A DNA stretch of 64,000 nucleotides from an uncultured Actinomycetes bacterium (GTDB taxonomy: Bacteria > Actinomycetota > Thermoleophilia > UBA2241): the NCBI GenBank assembly GCA_963755025.1, contig CAVWIH010000019.1, forward strand, positions 1-64,000, read 5' to 3'. The notes under the pieces are model-generated. The model was not told where the DNA came from. It did not search any database and was given only the letters and a program-made list of their open reading frames with translations. This document shows positions 53,343 through 63,787 of this stretch, one piece after another. Position 1 is the first letter of the stretch. Each line of letters begins with the position of its first letter. The translations under genes and the position numbers were made by a program.

Positions 53343-53762
53343 GTGCTGAAAGGCTTCAAGGAGTTCATCTTACGCGGCAACGTGGTCGACCTGGCCGTGG
53401 CGGTGGTCATCGGCGCGGCCTTCGGCGCGGTCATCACGGCCTTCGTCGCCGACATCATCACGCCGCTCATCGCGGCCATCTTCGGCAAGCCCGATTTCTC
53501 GGCGCTGACGTTCACGATCAACCACAGCACGTTCAAGTACGGCTCGTTCATCAACGCCGTGATCGCCTTCGTGCTGATCGCGGCCGCGGTCTACTTAGTC
53601 ATCATCGTGCCGATGAACTCGATCGCCGCCAGGCGCGCCCGTGGCGAAGGTCCGCAGGACCCCACGACCAAAGAGTGCCCGCAGTGCCTGAGCGAGATCG
53701 CCATAGGCGCGCGGCGCTGCCCGCACTGCACCTCTGAGCTCGCCCCGGCGATCGGCGGCTGA
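53343..53762 (+). CDS. mscL: Large-conductance mechanosensitive channel with C-terminal Zn ribbon
   Basis: LKGFKEFILRGNVVDLAVAVVIGAAF; CPQC...CPHC tail. Confidence 0.95.
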   Translation: MLKGFKEFILRGNVVDLAVAVVIGAAFGAVITAFVADIITPLIAAIFGKPDFSALTFTINHSTFKYGSFINAVIAFVLIAAAVYLVIIVPMNSIAARRARGEGPQDPTTKECPQCLSEIAIGARRCPHCTSELAPAIGG

Positions 53763-53771
53763 GGCTCGCCG

Positions 53772-53853
53772 GACCGGTCGACCCCGAGACCAGTAGACCG
53801 CAAGACCGGTCGACCGCGAGACCAGTAGACCGCGGACTGGTCGACCGCGAGAC
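53772..53853. repeat. 16-bp tandem repeat x5 with alternating variants
   Basis: GACCGGTCGACCCCGA / GACCAGTAGACCGCAA / GACCGGTCGACCGCGA / GACCAGTAGACCGCG / GACTGGTCGACCGCGA. Confidence 0.85.
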
Positions 53854-53970
53854 GGCAGGCCGCGGGGCGGAGGGCCGCGCGCTTTGCGCCTGGCCTGCCG
53901 CCCCGCTCTGCTGTTGTGCCGGGAACGAGGCGCCGCGGCGTCGACGGAGGCGTCGGGACTCGATCGCGCG

Positions 53971-55129
53971 TCAGGGCACCAGCTTGTAGATCTTGCCGTC
54001 CAGGCTCGACAGGAAGAGCTCGCCCTTGGCGTTCTGTCCGAACGAACTCACGTTGGGCAGCTTCTGCGAGATGCCGGTCAGGATGTGCGCGGCGGCCCCC
54101 GGGCTGGTCTTGAACCAGACGCGGGCGGTGCCGTAGTCGGCGAACAGGTAGTCGCCCTTGAGGGCCGGGATGGCGCTGCCGCGGTAGACGTAGCCGCCGA
54201 TCACCGCGTCGCCGACGGCGTGCGAGTACTCGCTCACCGGATAGACGAGGCGCGTGCGTACGATCGCCTGCGGCTTGTAGACGTGGTCGCCCTCGTAGTA
54301 GCTCCAGCCGAAGTTGGTGCCGGCCGTCGGTGCCGGCCTTCAGGAAGTCGATCTCTTCCCACTTGTCCTGGCCGACGTCGCCGATCCACAGGTTGCCGGT
54401 CGCCGAGTCGAACGAGAAGCGCCAGGGGTTGCGCAGGCCGTAAGCGTAGAGCACCGGCGTGGGCGACGCGCTCGAGACGTCCATGGTCCAGATCTTGGCA
54501 TAGGGCACGTTCACGTTCTGGCCGTAGAGGTTGGGGTCGCCCTCGCCGCCGCCGTCACCGACGCCTATGTAGAGCCGGCCGTCGGGGCCAAAGGCCAGCT
54601 GGCCGCCGTTGTGGTTGGCGTGGGCGTGGTGAGCCACGGTCCACAAGACCTTCGCCGAGCTCGCGTCGGCCACGTTGGCGTTAGAGCTGACCGTGTAACG
54701 CACCACCTTGATGTCGCCGTTGCGAGCCGTGTAATAGACGTAAAAGCGGCCGTTGGTCGCGTACGCCGGGTCGAAGGCGACCGAGAGCAGCCCCTGTTCG
54801 GTGCCCGCCGACACGCGGCTGTGCACGTTCAGGAACGGCTTGGCGAGCAGCTTGCCGTTGAGCAGCACCCTGATGTAGCCGGTCTTCTCGACGATGAACA
54901 GCCGCCGCGAGTCGACTGGCGACGCCGTCAGGGCGAGGGGCTTCGACAGGTCCGAGACCACGAGATGCAGGCGCACCGTGGGCGCCTTGACGGCGTTGGC
55001 GGCCGTCGGGGTCGGGGTCTGGGCTGCCGCACGGTCGCCGGCGCCGATGGCTACCAGTGCGGCGGTGGTAAGGGCGGCGGCGGCCACGACTGCGACCGCG
55101 GCCCGTACGAGCGATCTGCGCGCTCTCAT
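53971..55129 (-). CDS. Secreted PQQ-dependent glucose/sorbosone dehydrogenase family protein; frameshift near 54325
   Basis: Signal peptide; EQGLL, NHNGGQLAFGPDG, GLRNPWRFSFD, DVGQ..WEE, GGYVYRG. Confidence 0.88.
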
Positions 55130-55227
55130 GCTTCACCTCGGAGGTCGGCTACGGGGGATGGTCGCAAGGTGCCCGCGAAGCGCCCGGGGTAAGCGCGGCC
55201 GGCGGGGGGTGGAGGCGACGGCAGAAG

Positions 55228-56184
55228 TTAGAGGTAGCGCTCGCGGAACGTGACCGCGGCGGCCTGCTCGGCGGTGGCGATGAGCAGCCGCAGGCGCTGC
55301 AGCATGGCGTCGTCGACGCGCAGGGCGTGATCGTCGACCGCGGCGACCGCCACGATGCCGCGCACGCTGCTCGTGAGGAACATGGCGTCGTCGGCGCGCA
55401 GGTCGGCCACGCGTCCGTAGGCTTCGACTACGGCGATGCCGTCGGCCTCGGCGACCCGTTCGAGCGCGGCGCGCATGACGCCCGGCAGGATGGCGCCTTC
55501 GGCCGGGGTGGTGACCAGCGCCCCGCCGCGCGCCAGGAAGATGTTCGAGGTGGCGCCCTCGAACATGCGGCCCTCGTCGTCGACGAAGATGGCGTCGTCG
55601 GCGCCGGCGGCGAGCGCCGCGCGCTGCGCCAGGTACGATTGCATGAAGGTCATCGCCTTGAGCGCGCCGCTCACGCGGATGCCGCGGTGCGAGATGACGC
55701 GCAGTGGCCGCGTGGGCTGCTCGCGCACGTCGTTGCGGATGAGGACCGAAGGCTCGCCCCAGGAGGCGCCGCCGGTGACCAGCACGCGGCAGCCGCCGTT
55801 GGCGATGCCGCCCGCGGCCGCGAGAGCTCGACGATGGCACGGGCGATCGTGGCCCGGTCCCACGGCACGGCGATCTCGAGGACCTCGAGCCCCGACTGCA
55901 GGCGGTCCATGTGCTCGTCGAAGAACACCGGCACGCCGGCGGCGAGCTTGAAGGTCTCGTACAGGCCGATGCCGTGCGTGACGGCGCGGTCGAGCGCCGG
56001 CACGACGGCTTCGCGTTCGGGCAGCAGGACGCCGTTCAGGCTGACCAGGGGCGCGGCCGCCGGGCCTGCGGGGCCGGCCGCGGCGGCGCTCGGCGAGGCT
56101 GCGGCGCCGGCCCGCGCGCGCGGCCGCGCGCGCCGGGCGCCGCGCGCCGCGTCGGCGCTGACCGGTCGGCTCGCTAGAAGTCAT
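55228..56184 (-). CDS. Class IV aminotransferase (PabC/IlvE-like); two frameshifts
   Basis: HGIGLYET..F.DEH..RL in one frame; LK, EGATSNIF, ILPG.MR, FLTSS in the other. Confidence 0.8.
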   Translation of the reverse strand: MTSSEPTGQRRRGARRPARAAARAGRRRSLAERRRGRPRRPGGRAPGQPERRPAARTRSRRAGARPRRHARHRPVRDLQARRRRAGVLRRAHGPPAVGARGPRDRRAVGPGHDRPCHRRALAAAGGIANGGCRVLVTGGASWGEPSVLIRNDVREQPTRPLRVISHRGIRVSGALKAMTFMQSYLAQRAALAAGADDAIFVDDEGRMFEGATSNIFLARGGALVTTPAEGAILPGVMRAALERVAEADGIAVVEAYGRVADLRADDAMFLTSSVRGIVAVAAVDDHALRVDDAMLQRLRLLIATAEQAAAVTFRERYL

Positions 56185-57532
56185 AGCGGCTGGCCTCTTC
56201 GGCTTTGAGCGTGCGGAACTTGGTGTAGTCGCGCACGAAGCCGAGACGGGCGATGTTGGTGGGGCCGTTACGGTGCTTGGCGATGTCGACCACCACGACG
56301 CCCTTGGCGTTTTCGTCGCGCGGCTCGTAGATGAAGATGACGAGGTCGGCGTCTTGTTCGATTGCGCCCGATTCGCGCAGGTCGGACAGCAGCGGCTTCT
56401 TTTCGGCGCGCGACTCGACCTCGCGGTTGAGCTGCGAGACGGCCAGCACGGGCACGTCGAGCTCGCGGGCGAGCTGCTTGAGCGAGCGTGAGATGCCGGC
56501 GACCTCTTGCTGGCGGTTGTCGGCGCGGCCGTCGCCCATCATGAGCTGCAGGTAGTCGATGATCACGAGGCCCAGCTTGGGTTCGACGCGGCTCGCCAGG
56601 CGGCGCGCCTTGGCGCGCAGCTCGAAGACGTTGAGGCCGGCGGTGTCGTCGACGTAGATGGGCGCCTTTTCGAGCTCGCCGGCCACGGTGATGAGCTTGT
56701 AGTAGTCGTCGTTGGGGAGCGTCTGGCCGGAGCGCAGCCGGTGCGAGGCGACCCGCGCGGCCGAGCACAGCATGCGCTCGCTGATCTCCTGCTTGCTCAT
56801 CTCGAGGCTGAAGATGGCCACCGACTGCTGGCCGGTCATGCCGATGTTGTGGGCGATGTTCAGGGCCAGCGAGGTCTTGCCCACGCCGGGGCGCGCTGCC
56901 AGCACGATGAGGTTCGACGGCTGAAAGCCGCCGGTGGTCTTGTCGATGTCGGCAAAGCCGGTGGGCACGCCCGAAAGCTGGGCGCCGTCGCGGATCATGT
57001 CGATGCGCGCGAAGGTCGACTTGACGAGGTCGCTCATGGCCTCGAAGTCGGCGGAGCTGCGGTGCTGCGAGATGGCGAAGACCTTCTGCTCGCAGGTGTC
57101 GAGCAGCGTGCGGGCTTCGTCGGGGTGGTCGTAGCCGAGCTCGGCGATCTCGTTGCCGACCTTGATCAACTGGCGCAGCACGCTCGTCTCGCGCACGATC
57201 TCGGCGTACTGGCGCACGTTGGCGGCGGCCGGCACGATCTCGACCAGGGTGTGCACGAAGGCCTTGCCGCCCACCCGCTCGAGCACGCCCTGCTGTTCGA
57301 GGGCGGCCGAGAGCGTGACGGCATCGACCTCTTTGCCGAGGCCGTACATGTCGCGGATGGTGCGAAAGACGATGCGATGCGTGTCGCGGTAGAAGTCGTC
57401 TTCGACGACGAGCTCGGTGGCGATGGGCAGTGCGTTAGGGCTCACGACCATGGCGCCGAGGAGCGACTCCTCCGCGTCTAAGTCGTGCGGCTGCATGTGA
57501 CGACCGTCGCTCTGGACGATGCCGGTTGTCAC
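56174..57532 (-). CDS. dnaB: Replicative DNA helicase
   Basis: AARPGVGKT, FSLEM, IDYLQL, SQLNR, DLRESGAIEQDAD, KHRNGPT; no intein. Confidence 0.97.
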   Translation of the reverse strand: MTTGIVQSDGRHMQPHDLDAEESLLGAMVVSPNALPIATELVVEDDFYRDTHRIVFRTIRDMYGLGKEVDAVTLSAALEQQGVLERVGGKAFVHTLVEIVPAAANVRQYAEIVRETSVLRQLIKVGNEIAELGYDHPDEARTLLDTCEQKVFAISQHRSSADFEAMSDLVKSTFARIDMIRDGAQLSGVPTGFADIDKTTGGFQPSNLIVLAARPGVGKTSLALNIAHNIGMTGQQSVAIFSLEMSKQEISERMLCSAARVASHRLRSGQTLPNDDYYKLITVAGELEKAPIYVDDTAGLNVFELRAKARRLASRVEPKLGLVIIDYLQLMMGDGRADNRQQEVAGISRSLKQLARELDVPVLAVSQLNREVESRAEKKPLLSDLRESGAIEQDADLVIFIYEPRDENAKGVVVVDIAKHRNGPTNIARLGFVRDYTKFRTLKAEEASRYDF

Positions 57533-57569
57533 GCTGCTGCCCCTCTCTGCGGCGCCCATGGGCGCCTCG

Positions 57570-58016
57570 TCACTCGGGAACGACGATGACCTTGACCGTG
57601 GCCACGACGCCTTCGAAGACGTCGATCTCGACCATGTGGTCGCCGACGCTCTTGATGGGCTCTTCGAGGCGCACCTTGTGCTTGTCGACCTTCACCTTGC
57701 GAGCGCTCCAGATGGCGTCGGCGACGTCGGCGTTGGTGACCGAACCATACAGCCGGTCGCCCTCGCCCGCGTGGGCGCCGATGGTGACGACGGTCTTGTT
57801 GAGCGTGGCCGCGACCTCGAGCGCGTGCTCGGCGGTGCGGATCTCGCGCGCCTTGCGCTCTTCCATGAGCCGGCGGACTTCGTCGAGCCGGCCCGGGTTG
57901 GCGACTTCGGCCAGGCGCTTGGGCAGCAGGTAGTTGCGGGCGTAGCCGCGCGACACGCTGGCGAGGTCGCCCTTTTCGCCCACGCCGTCGATGTCCTGGA
58001 GCAGAATGATGTCCAC
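57570..58016 (-). CDS. rplI: 50S ribosomal protein L9
   Basis: GYARNYLLP, LYGSVT. Confidence 0.97.
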   Translation of the reverse strand: MDIILLQDIDGVGEKGDLASVSRGYARNYLLPKRLAEVANPGRLDEVRRLMEERKAREIRTAEHALEVAATLNKTVVTIGAHAGEGDRLYGSVTNADVADAIWSARKVKVDKHKVRLEEPIKSVGDHMVEIDVFEGVVATVKVIVVPE

Positions 58017-58025
58017 GATCGCCTC

Positions 58026-58292
58026 CTAGCGGTCTGCGTACGGCAAGAGCGCCATCTCGCGAGCGCGCTTGATGGCCACGGTGACCTGGCGCTGGTGACA
58101 GCGGCAGGCGCCGGTGACGCGGCGCGGGCGGATCTTGCCTTTCTCGGAGACGAAGCGCTTGAGGACCGTGTTGGCCTTGTAGTCGACGTCCTCGATCTTC
58201 TGTTGACAGTAATAGCAGTAGCGGCGGCGCGCCGTGCTCGGGGCCCCGGCCCTGAGCCGCTTCTCGCGCCGCGTGCCCTGTGATGCTGGCAT
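58026..58292 (-). CDS. rpsR: 30S ribosomal protein S18
   Basis: [28 protein letters not shown]. Confidence 0.96.
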   Translation of the reverse strand: MPASQGTRREKRLRAGAPSTARRRYCYYCQQKIEDVDYKANTVLKRFVSEKGKIRPRRVTGACRCHQRQVTVAIKRAREMALLPYADR

Positions 58293-58375
58293 GTCGGCCT
58301 CTCTGACCTTTTTGCGTTGCCTTCGGCCGGCGGGTGCGCCTGTGCGGGGCGGCGCACCCGCCGGCCGCGTCTAGC

Positions 58376-58822
58376 TCAGAACGGGATGTCGTCGTCGCCG
58401 GCGAAGTCGGCTTCGGCGACGTCGGCCGGCGGTGCGAACCTGGCGCCGCCGGACTCGCGCGGCGCTCCGCCCTGGGGCGCTCCGCCCTCGCGCGGCCCGA
58501 TGAACTGCACGTTGTCTGCGACCACCGAGACGGCCGAGCGCTTCTGGCCGTCCTGGGTCTCCCACTCACGCCAGCGCAGCTTGCCTTCGACGGCGACCTG
58601 GCGGCCTTTCGCCAGGTACTTGCCGCAAAGCTCGCCCTGGGAACCGAACACGTCGACGTCGAAGTAGTTGGGGCGGTCGCCCCACTCACCACTGCTCTGG
58701 TCTTTGACCCGATCGTTGACCGCGAGCCGCAAGGTGCACACGGTGGTCGAGCCCGCCTGGCGGGTCTCGGGGTCGCGAGTCAGGTTACCGATGAGGATGA
58801 CGCGATTGATGGATCCGGCCAT
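58376..58822 (-). CDS. ssb: Single-stranded DNA-binding protein
   Basis: NRVILIGNLTRDPE; C-terminal DDDIPF. Confidence 0.97.
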   Translation of the reverse strand: MAGSINRVILIGNLTRDPETRQAGSTTVCTLRLAVNDRVKDQSSGEWGDRPNYFDVDVFGSQGELCGKYLAKGRQVAVEGKLRWREWETQDGQKRSAVSVVADNVQFIGPREGGAPQGGAPRESGGARFAPPADVAEADFAGDDDIPF

Positions 58823-58847
58823 GTCGTTCGCTCCTTTGCGGTTGGCG

Positions 58848-59144
58848 CTAGTCTTTGAGGCGCACCGTCTGGAAGCGCATGACGTCGTCGGTGATGCGCA
58901 GCACACGCTCGACTTCGGCCAGAGTGTCTGGCTCGGAGCTGAACGTGACGACGCTGTAAAGGCCTTCGCCCTGGCCGGCGATCTCGTAGGCCAGCTTGCG
59001 CTTACCCCAGTCGTCGACCGACGCGACCTTGCCCTCGCCCTTCTCGACGGTCGCCGTTAGGCGATCGAGGATCTCGGACTGCCGGCCGTCTTCGATGCCG
59101 GGATTGAGCATGAGCATCAATTCGTACTTGTTCGTGGAACTCAC
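58848..59144 (-). CDS. rpsF: 30S ribosomal protein S6 (true start probably 59135)
   Basis: YELM, WGKRKLAYEI; first gene of rpsF-ssb-rpsR-rplI. Confidence 0.96.
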   Translation of the reverse strand: MSSTNKYELMLMLNPGIEDGRQSEILDRLTATVEKGEGKVASVDDWGKRKLAYEIAGQGEGLYSVVTFSSEPDTLAEVERVLRITDDVMRFQTVRLKD

Positions 59145-59190
59145 CTCCTGTGGTCTTGGCGGCCCCAGCCTTGCTGCTGGAGCAGGGGTG
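59142..59190 (-). promoter_or_regulatory. S6:S18 ribosomal protein leader (autoregulatory RNA)
   Basis: CCCCT-GCTCCAGC-loop-GCTGGGGC-CGCCAAGACCAC-AGGAGG: hairpin, CCG motif and anti-SD/SD pairing. Confidence 0.7.
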
Positions 59191-59224
59191 AAAAACGCCG
59201 CCCCTTCGGCGGCGCAACCTCGGC

Positions 59225-59233
59225 ATGATACCA
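59225..59233 (-). promoter_or_regulatory. Extended -10 promoter of the rpsF operon
   Basis: TGgTATCAT on the minus strand. Confidence 0.55.
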
Positions 59234-59338
59234 GTGCGCGGCGTCCGCCTCAAGAATGAGGCCCGCCGACGGTCGGGGAAAGGGCGCCGGCGGGCGAGCG
59301 AGGTGACGCACCGCCGGCGAGGCGGGGTACGACTGCCC

Positions 59339-59389
59339 GCGACGCGGGCGACGGTCAGGCCAGCGACGCGGGCGACGGTCAGGCCAGCA
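59339..59389. repeat. 24-bp tandem duplication at the 3' end of the ATPase gene
   Basis: GCGACGCGGGCGACGGTCAGGCCA x2. Confidence 0.8.
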
Positions 59390-60306
59390 ACGCCTGGTCG
59401 GCGGCCTCTTCGCGCAGGCAGGATCTCGCCGTCGGCGTCGAGCCCGTCGACGCCCCAGATGGCCCCGAGGCGTGGCTGACCGCGCTCATCGCTGCGCATG
59501 TGGGCCAGCGCCGGCCGCGTGTCGCCGACGAGCCGGCGAGCCTCGGGCGCGGCGACGCGCAGCTCCATCTGGCGCAGGAGCTTGGCGACCGCCTGCTGCA
59601 CGGAGTCGGCGCGGACGGTGCAGAAGCCGCCGGTGTCGGGCCGGCGGCGCAGCTCGGTGAGGAAGTAGAGGATCTCGTCGGCGTGGATCTCGCCGACGAT
59701 GATGCGGCTGGGCTGCATCTTCATGGCTTTCGCGAAGATGCCGGGCACGTCGGCGTCGTCGTCGACCGAGAGGCGCACGCAGAACGAGCGGTCTTCGAGG
59801 GCGGGCAGGTGGTCGGAGTGCTCGATCGAGACGAGGCGTTCGTCGACCGAGAGGAGCTCGAGCAGGGCGTTCAGCAGGGTGGACTTGCCGGTGGCGCGGT
59901 CGCCGAAGATGAGCAGCGTGCGCCGTTCGGAGACGTAACTCGCCAGGCGCGCCGCCTGGGCGGTCGTCATGGTGCCGCCCTGGATGAGGTCGCGCAGGGT
60001 GGTCGGCACCGGGCCGTCGGGGCTGAGCTCGCCGGCGTACATGCTCGAGGTGGTGGAGGAGAGCGCGTCGCGGCGGCTGGTGACGTACGACAGGTACGCC
60101 GTGGCTTGCGAGCGCAGCAGGACGCGCAGGGCGTCGAGGTACTCGCGCGGCTCCTCGCCGAGCGGCTGCGCGGCGAGCTCGTCGATCATGGCGTCGAGCC
60201 GCATGACCACGTCGCGTTGTATGCGGGCCATGACGTTGTTGCGCGCCCGGCGCTCCTCGCGGTCGTCGGCGCTCTCGCGAGACTGGATGATGTCGGTGTC
60301 GGTCAA
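59379..60306 (-). CDS. CpaF/VirB11-like secretion ATPase, degenerate; frameshift near 59419
   Basis: Walker A GDRATGKST, Walker B IIVGE; the shifted frame ends ..LREEAADQALLA* at 59379. Confidence 0.75.
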
Positions 60307-60583
60307 GTGGCGTCCCCTGAGCCTTCGCAGCGCAAGCGCTGCCCCACGTAGGGCCTATCGGCCGCCCGGGGGCCTTCGATAAGGGCTAGTCGGTCTGTCG
60401 CGCTCGCCGCCCCGTTTTCACCTTCGCCACGCCCTTTTCCACCATCTCTATGAGGTTATCGGCCTCGCGGGCGCGGGTACCTTCCGTGCAGCCGCAGGCG
60501 CGGTCGCCGGAGCGCGACCAGGAGCGCGCGGTCAGAAGGGATGCACCGCGCGGCCAGGGGCCGCGCGCCGTACCGGGAGGATT

Positions 60584-62177
60584 GTGGTGTCAACCGTCCA
60601 GCAGGACCTCAAGTCGTATCAGATGTACATCGCCGGCAAGTGGACCGGCGCCGCAAGCGGCGAGACCTACGAAGTCGTCGACCCCTCGACCGAGCGGCCG
60701 TTCGCCGTCGTACCTAAAGGCGGCCTGGCCGACGCCAAGCGCGCCGTGGCCGCGGCCCGCAAGGCCTTCGACGAAGGCCCCTGGCCGCACACGCTGGCCA
60801 CGGAACGGGCCGAGCTGCTGCACGCCGTCGCCGCCCGCATCCGCGAGCACGCCGACGAGCTCGCCATGCTCGAGACCCGCCAGATGGGCAAGCTGCTCGG
60901 CGACTCACTTATCGACGTGAACGACGCCGCCCACACTTTCGACTACTACGCCGGCCTCGCCGTCGAACAGCACGGCCAGACCCTCGAGGTGCCGGGCGAG
61001 AGCATGAGCATGGTGGTGCGCGAGCCGATCGGCGTGACGGCCGGCATCACGCCGTGGAACTTTCCGCATCCTGATGGCCGCCTGGAAGGTGGCGCCGAGC
61101 CTCGCCGCCGGCAACGTCATGATCTTGAAGCCGGCGTCGGTGTCGCCGCTCACCTCGATCGAGCTCGCCCGGATCTTCGCCGAGGTCGGGCTGCCCGAGG
61201 GCGTCTTCCAGGTCCTCACCGGGCCGGGCGGGCAGGTCGGCGACTACCTCGCCTCGTCGCCCGACATCGACATGGTGGCCTTCACCGGCAGCGTCGAGGT
61301 CGGCAAGAGCATCATGCGGGCGGGCGCTGAGAACGTGAAGAAGGTCGGCCTGGAGCTCGGCGGCAAGAGCCCCAACTTGGTCTTCGAAGACGCCGACTTC
61401 GAGGCCGCCATCGACGGCGCCCTGGTGGGCATCTTCGCCGGCAGCGGCGAGGTCTGCTCGGCCGGCTCGCGCCTGCTCGTGCAGCGCTCGATCTACGACC
61501 GCTTCGTCGGCGAGCTCGTCTCGCGGGCCATGGCGATCAAGGTCGGCGCGCCCGCCGACGAGGCGAGCGAGATGGGTCCGCTGGTCTCGCAGCAGCAGCT
61601 CGACACGGTCGAGCGCTACGTCAAGATCGGCAGCGAAGAGGGCGCCAAGCTGGCCACCGGTGGCCGCCGCCTCGAGGGCAGCGGCTACTACTACGAGCCC
61701 ACCATCTTCGTCGACGTCGACAACTCGATGAGGGTCGCCCAGGAGGAGATCTTCGGCCCGGTCCTCGTCGTCATACCGTTCGACTCAGAAGACGACGCCG
61801 TGCGCATCGCCAACGACACGATCTACGGCCTGGCGGCCGGCGTGTGGACCAAAGACGTCACGCGCGCCATGCGGGTCATCAAGGCGCTGCGCGCCGGCAT
61901 CACCTGGATCAACACCTACCACCCCACCTACAGCGAGGCGCCGTGGGGCGGCTACAAGCAGAGCGGCGTCGGGCGCGAGCTCGGCACCTTCGGCCTCGAC
62001 GAGTACCAGGAGGTCAAGCAGATCAACATCGACCTCACCGACAAGCCGCTGGGCATCTACCAGCACGGCAAGGAAGAGCCCGAAGCGGGTAAGGTCGTGT
62101 CGCTGAGCGACCGCCGGCCGTTCAACGAGGAGCACCGGTCCGACGAATGGGTCGGGTACTGCCGGAACTGCCGCTAG
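60584..62177 (+). CDS. Aldehyde dehydrogenase (betaine-aldehyde-like); frameshift near 61065
   Basis: PWNFP, FTGS, LELGGKSP, GEVCSAG, EEIFGPV, PWGGYKQSG.GRE. Confidence 0.9.
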
Positions 62178-62245
62178 GCGCGCCGGGTCGCGCCGGCCTT
62201 CAAGCGGAAACGACGAAGTCGTCCGACGGTCGAGAAGGAGTGCCC

Positions 62246-63739
62246 GTGGTCGTAGATGTCACCGCACGAGTAGCGAAAGGGTTGCGGATCGCCGGTCCCC
62301 AGGGGACCGGCGATCCGCTCACCGTGCACAGCCCCTGGGACGGCAGCGAGGTCGCCGTCATCAACACCACGCGGGTCGATGAGGTCGACGCCGTCCTCGA
62401 CCGGGCCGTCGCGGCCTTCGCCGAGTGGCGCTGGACGCCGGCCTGGAAGCGCGCCCAGATCCTCGAGCGCACGTCGCACCTGCTCGAGGACCACGCCGAA
62501 GAGGTCGCCCGGCTGATCGCCCTCGAGGGCGGTAAACCGCTCAAAGACGCCCGTGTCGAGGCGCGACGCGGGGCCTCGACGTTCCGCTGGGCGAGCGAAG
62601 AGGCCAAACGCACGGCCGGCGAGATCATCGAGATGGACGCCGACCAGGGCGGCGAGAACCGCTTCGGCTGGACGATCCGCGAGCCGCGCGGTCTGATCGT
62701 CGCCATCTCGCCCTTCAACTTCCCGCTCAACCTGGTCAGCCACAAGGTGGCCCCGGCGCTGGCGGCGGCCAACGTCGTCGTGCTCAAGCCCGCGTCGTCG
62801 ACCCCGCTCACCGCGCTGCGCCTGGCCGAGTTCTTAAGCGAGGCCGGCCTGCCCGACGGTGTGCTGCAGGTCGTCGTAGGCCCGGGCTCGACCCTGGGCA
62901 CCAAGCTCGTCAAGGACGAGCGGGTCAACATGGTGACCTTCACCGGCAGCCCGCCGGTCGGTCGCCAGATCGCCAGCGACGCCGGCATGAAGATGGTCAC
63001 CCTCGAGCTGGGCAACAACTCGGCGACCATCATCGAGGAAGACGCCGACCTCGACCTCGCCCTCCAGCGCGTAGTCGCCGGCGGCTTCACCAACTCGGGA
63101 CAGGTCTGCATATCGGTGCAGCGCGTGGTCGTGCACGAGAAGGTCTACGACGAGTTCCTGGCGGCCCTTGTGGCGTCGGTCGCGGCGCTCAAGGTCGGCG
63201 ACCCGCTCGACGAGACGACCGACGTGGCCGCCCTGATCGACGACAACGAGACGGCCCGCGTGAAGGCCTGGGTCGCCGAGGCGGTCGAACAGGGTGCGAC
63301 GCTCGCCGTGGGCGGCATCGACGCGGCCGGCGACCTGCGCCCGACCGTGCTCGCCGACGTGACGCGCGACATGAAGGTCTGCGCCAACGAGGTCTTCGGG
63401 CCGGTCCTCGCGGTGCAGAAGGCGCGCGACATCTGTCACGCCATCGAGATCTCCAACGACAGCGACTACGGCCTGCAGGCCGGCATCTTCACGCGCGACC
63501 TGAACAAGGCCCTGTACGCCGCCCGTCACCTCGAGGTCGGCGGCGTCATGATCAACGAGGTGCCGACCTTCCGGGTCGACCACATGCCCTACGGCGGCAT
63601 CAAGAGCTCGGGTATGGGCCGCGAGGGCGTCAAGTTCGCCATCGCCGAGATGACCGAGCTCAAGATGGTCATGATCCGCGAGATGGACTGGGGCAGCCCG
63701 GGCTCGCCGCTCGGAGCCTGCAAACGCGAGGGGATGTAG
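62246..63739 (+). CDS. Aldehyde dehydrogenase (lactaldehyde DH / GapN-like)
   Basis: PFNFPLNL..HKVAPA, FTGS, LELGNN, GQVCIS, EVFGP, MPYGG.K.SG.GREG. Confidence 0.92.
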   Translation: MVVDVTARVAKGLRIAGPQGTGDPLTVHSPWDGSEVAVINTTRVDEVDAVLDRAVAAFAEWRWTPAWKRAQILERTSHLLEDHAEEVARLIALEGGKPLKDARVEARRGASTFRWASEEAKRTAGEIIEMDADQGGENRFGWTIREPRGLIVAISPFNFPLNLVSHKVAPALAAANVVVLKPASSTPLTALRLAEFLSEAGLPDGVLQVVVGPGSTLGTKLVKDERVNMVTFTGSPPVGRQIASDAGMKMVTLELGNNSATIIEEDADLDLALQRVVAGGFTNSGQVCISVQRVVVHEKVYDEFLAALVASVAALKVGDPLDETTDVAALIDDNETARVKAWVAEAVEQGATLAVGGIDAAGDLRPTVLADVTRDMKVCANEVFGPVLAVQKARDICHAIEISNDSDYGLQAGIFTRDLNKALYAARHLEVGGVMINEVPTFRVDHMPYGGIKSSGMGREGVKFAIAEMTELKMVMIREMDWGSPGSPLGACKREGM

Positions 63740-63787
63740 AGGCCGGGGCATCAGCCCGAACGCACGAACGAGCCACGAGAGGTCTCC

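Noticed and set aside
56174-57532. Intein in DnaB
   Set aside because: Normal length (~450 aa) with contiguous helicase motifs
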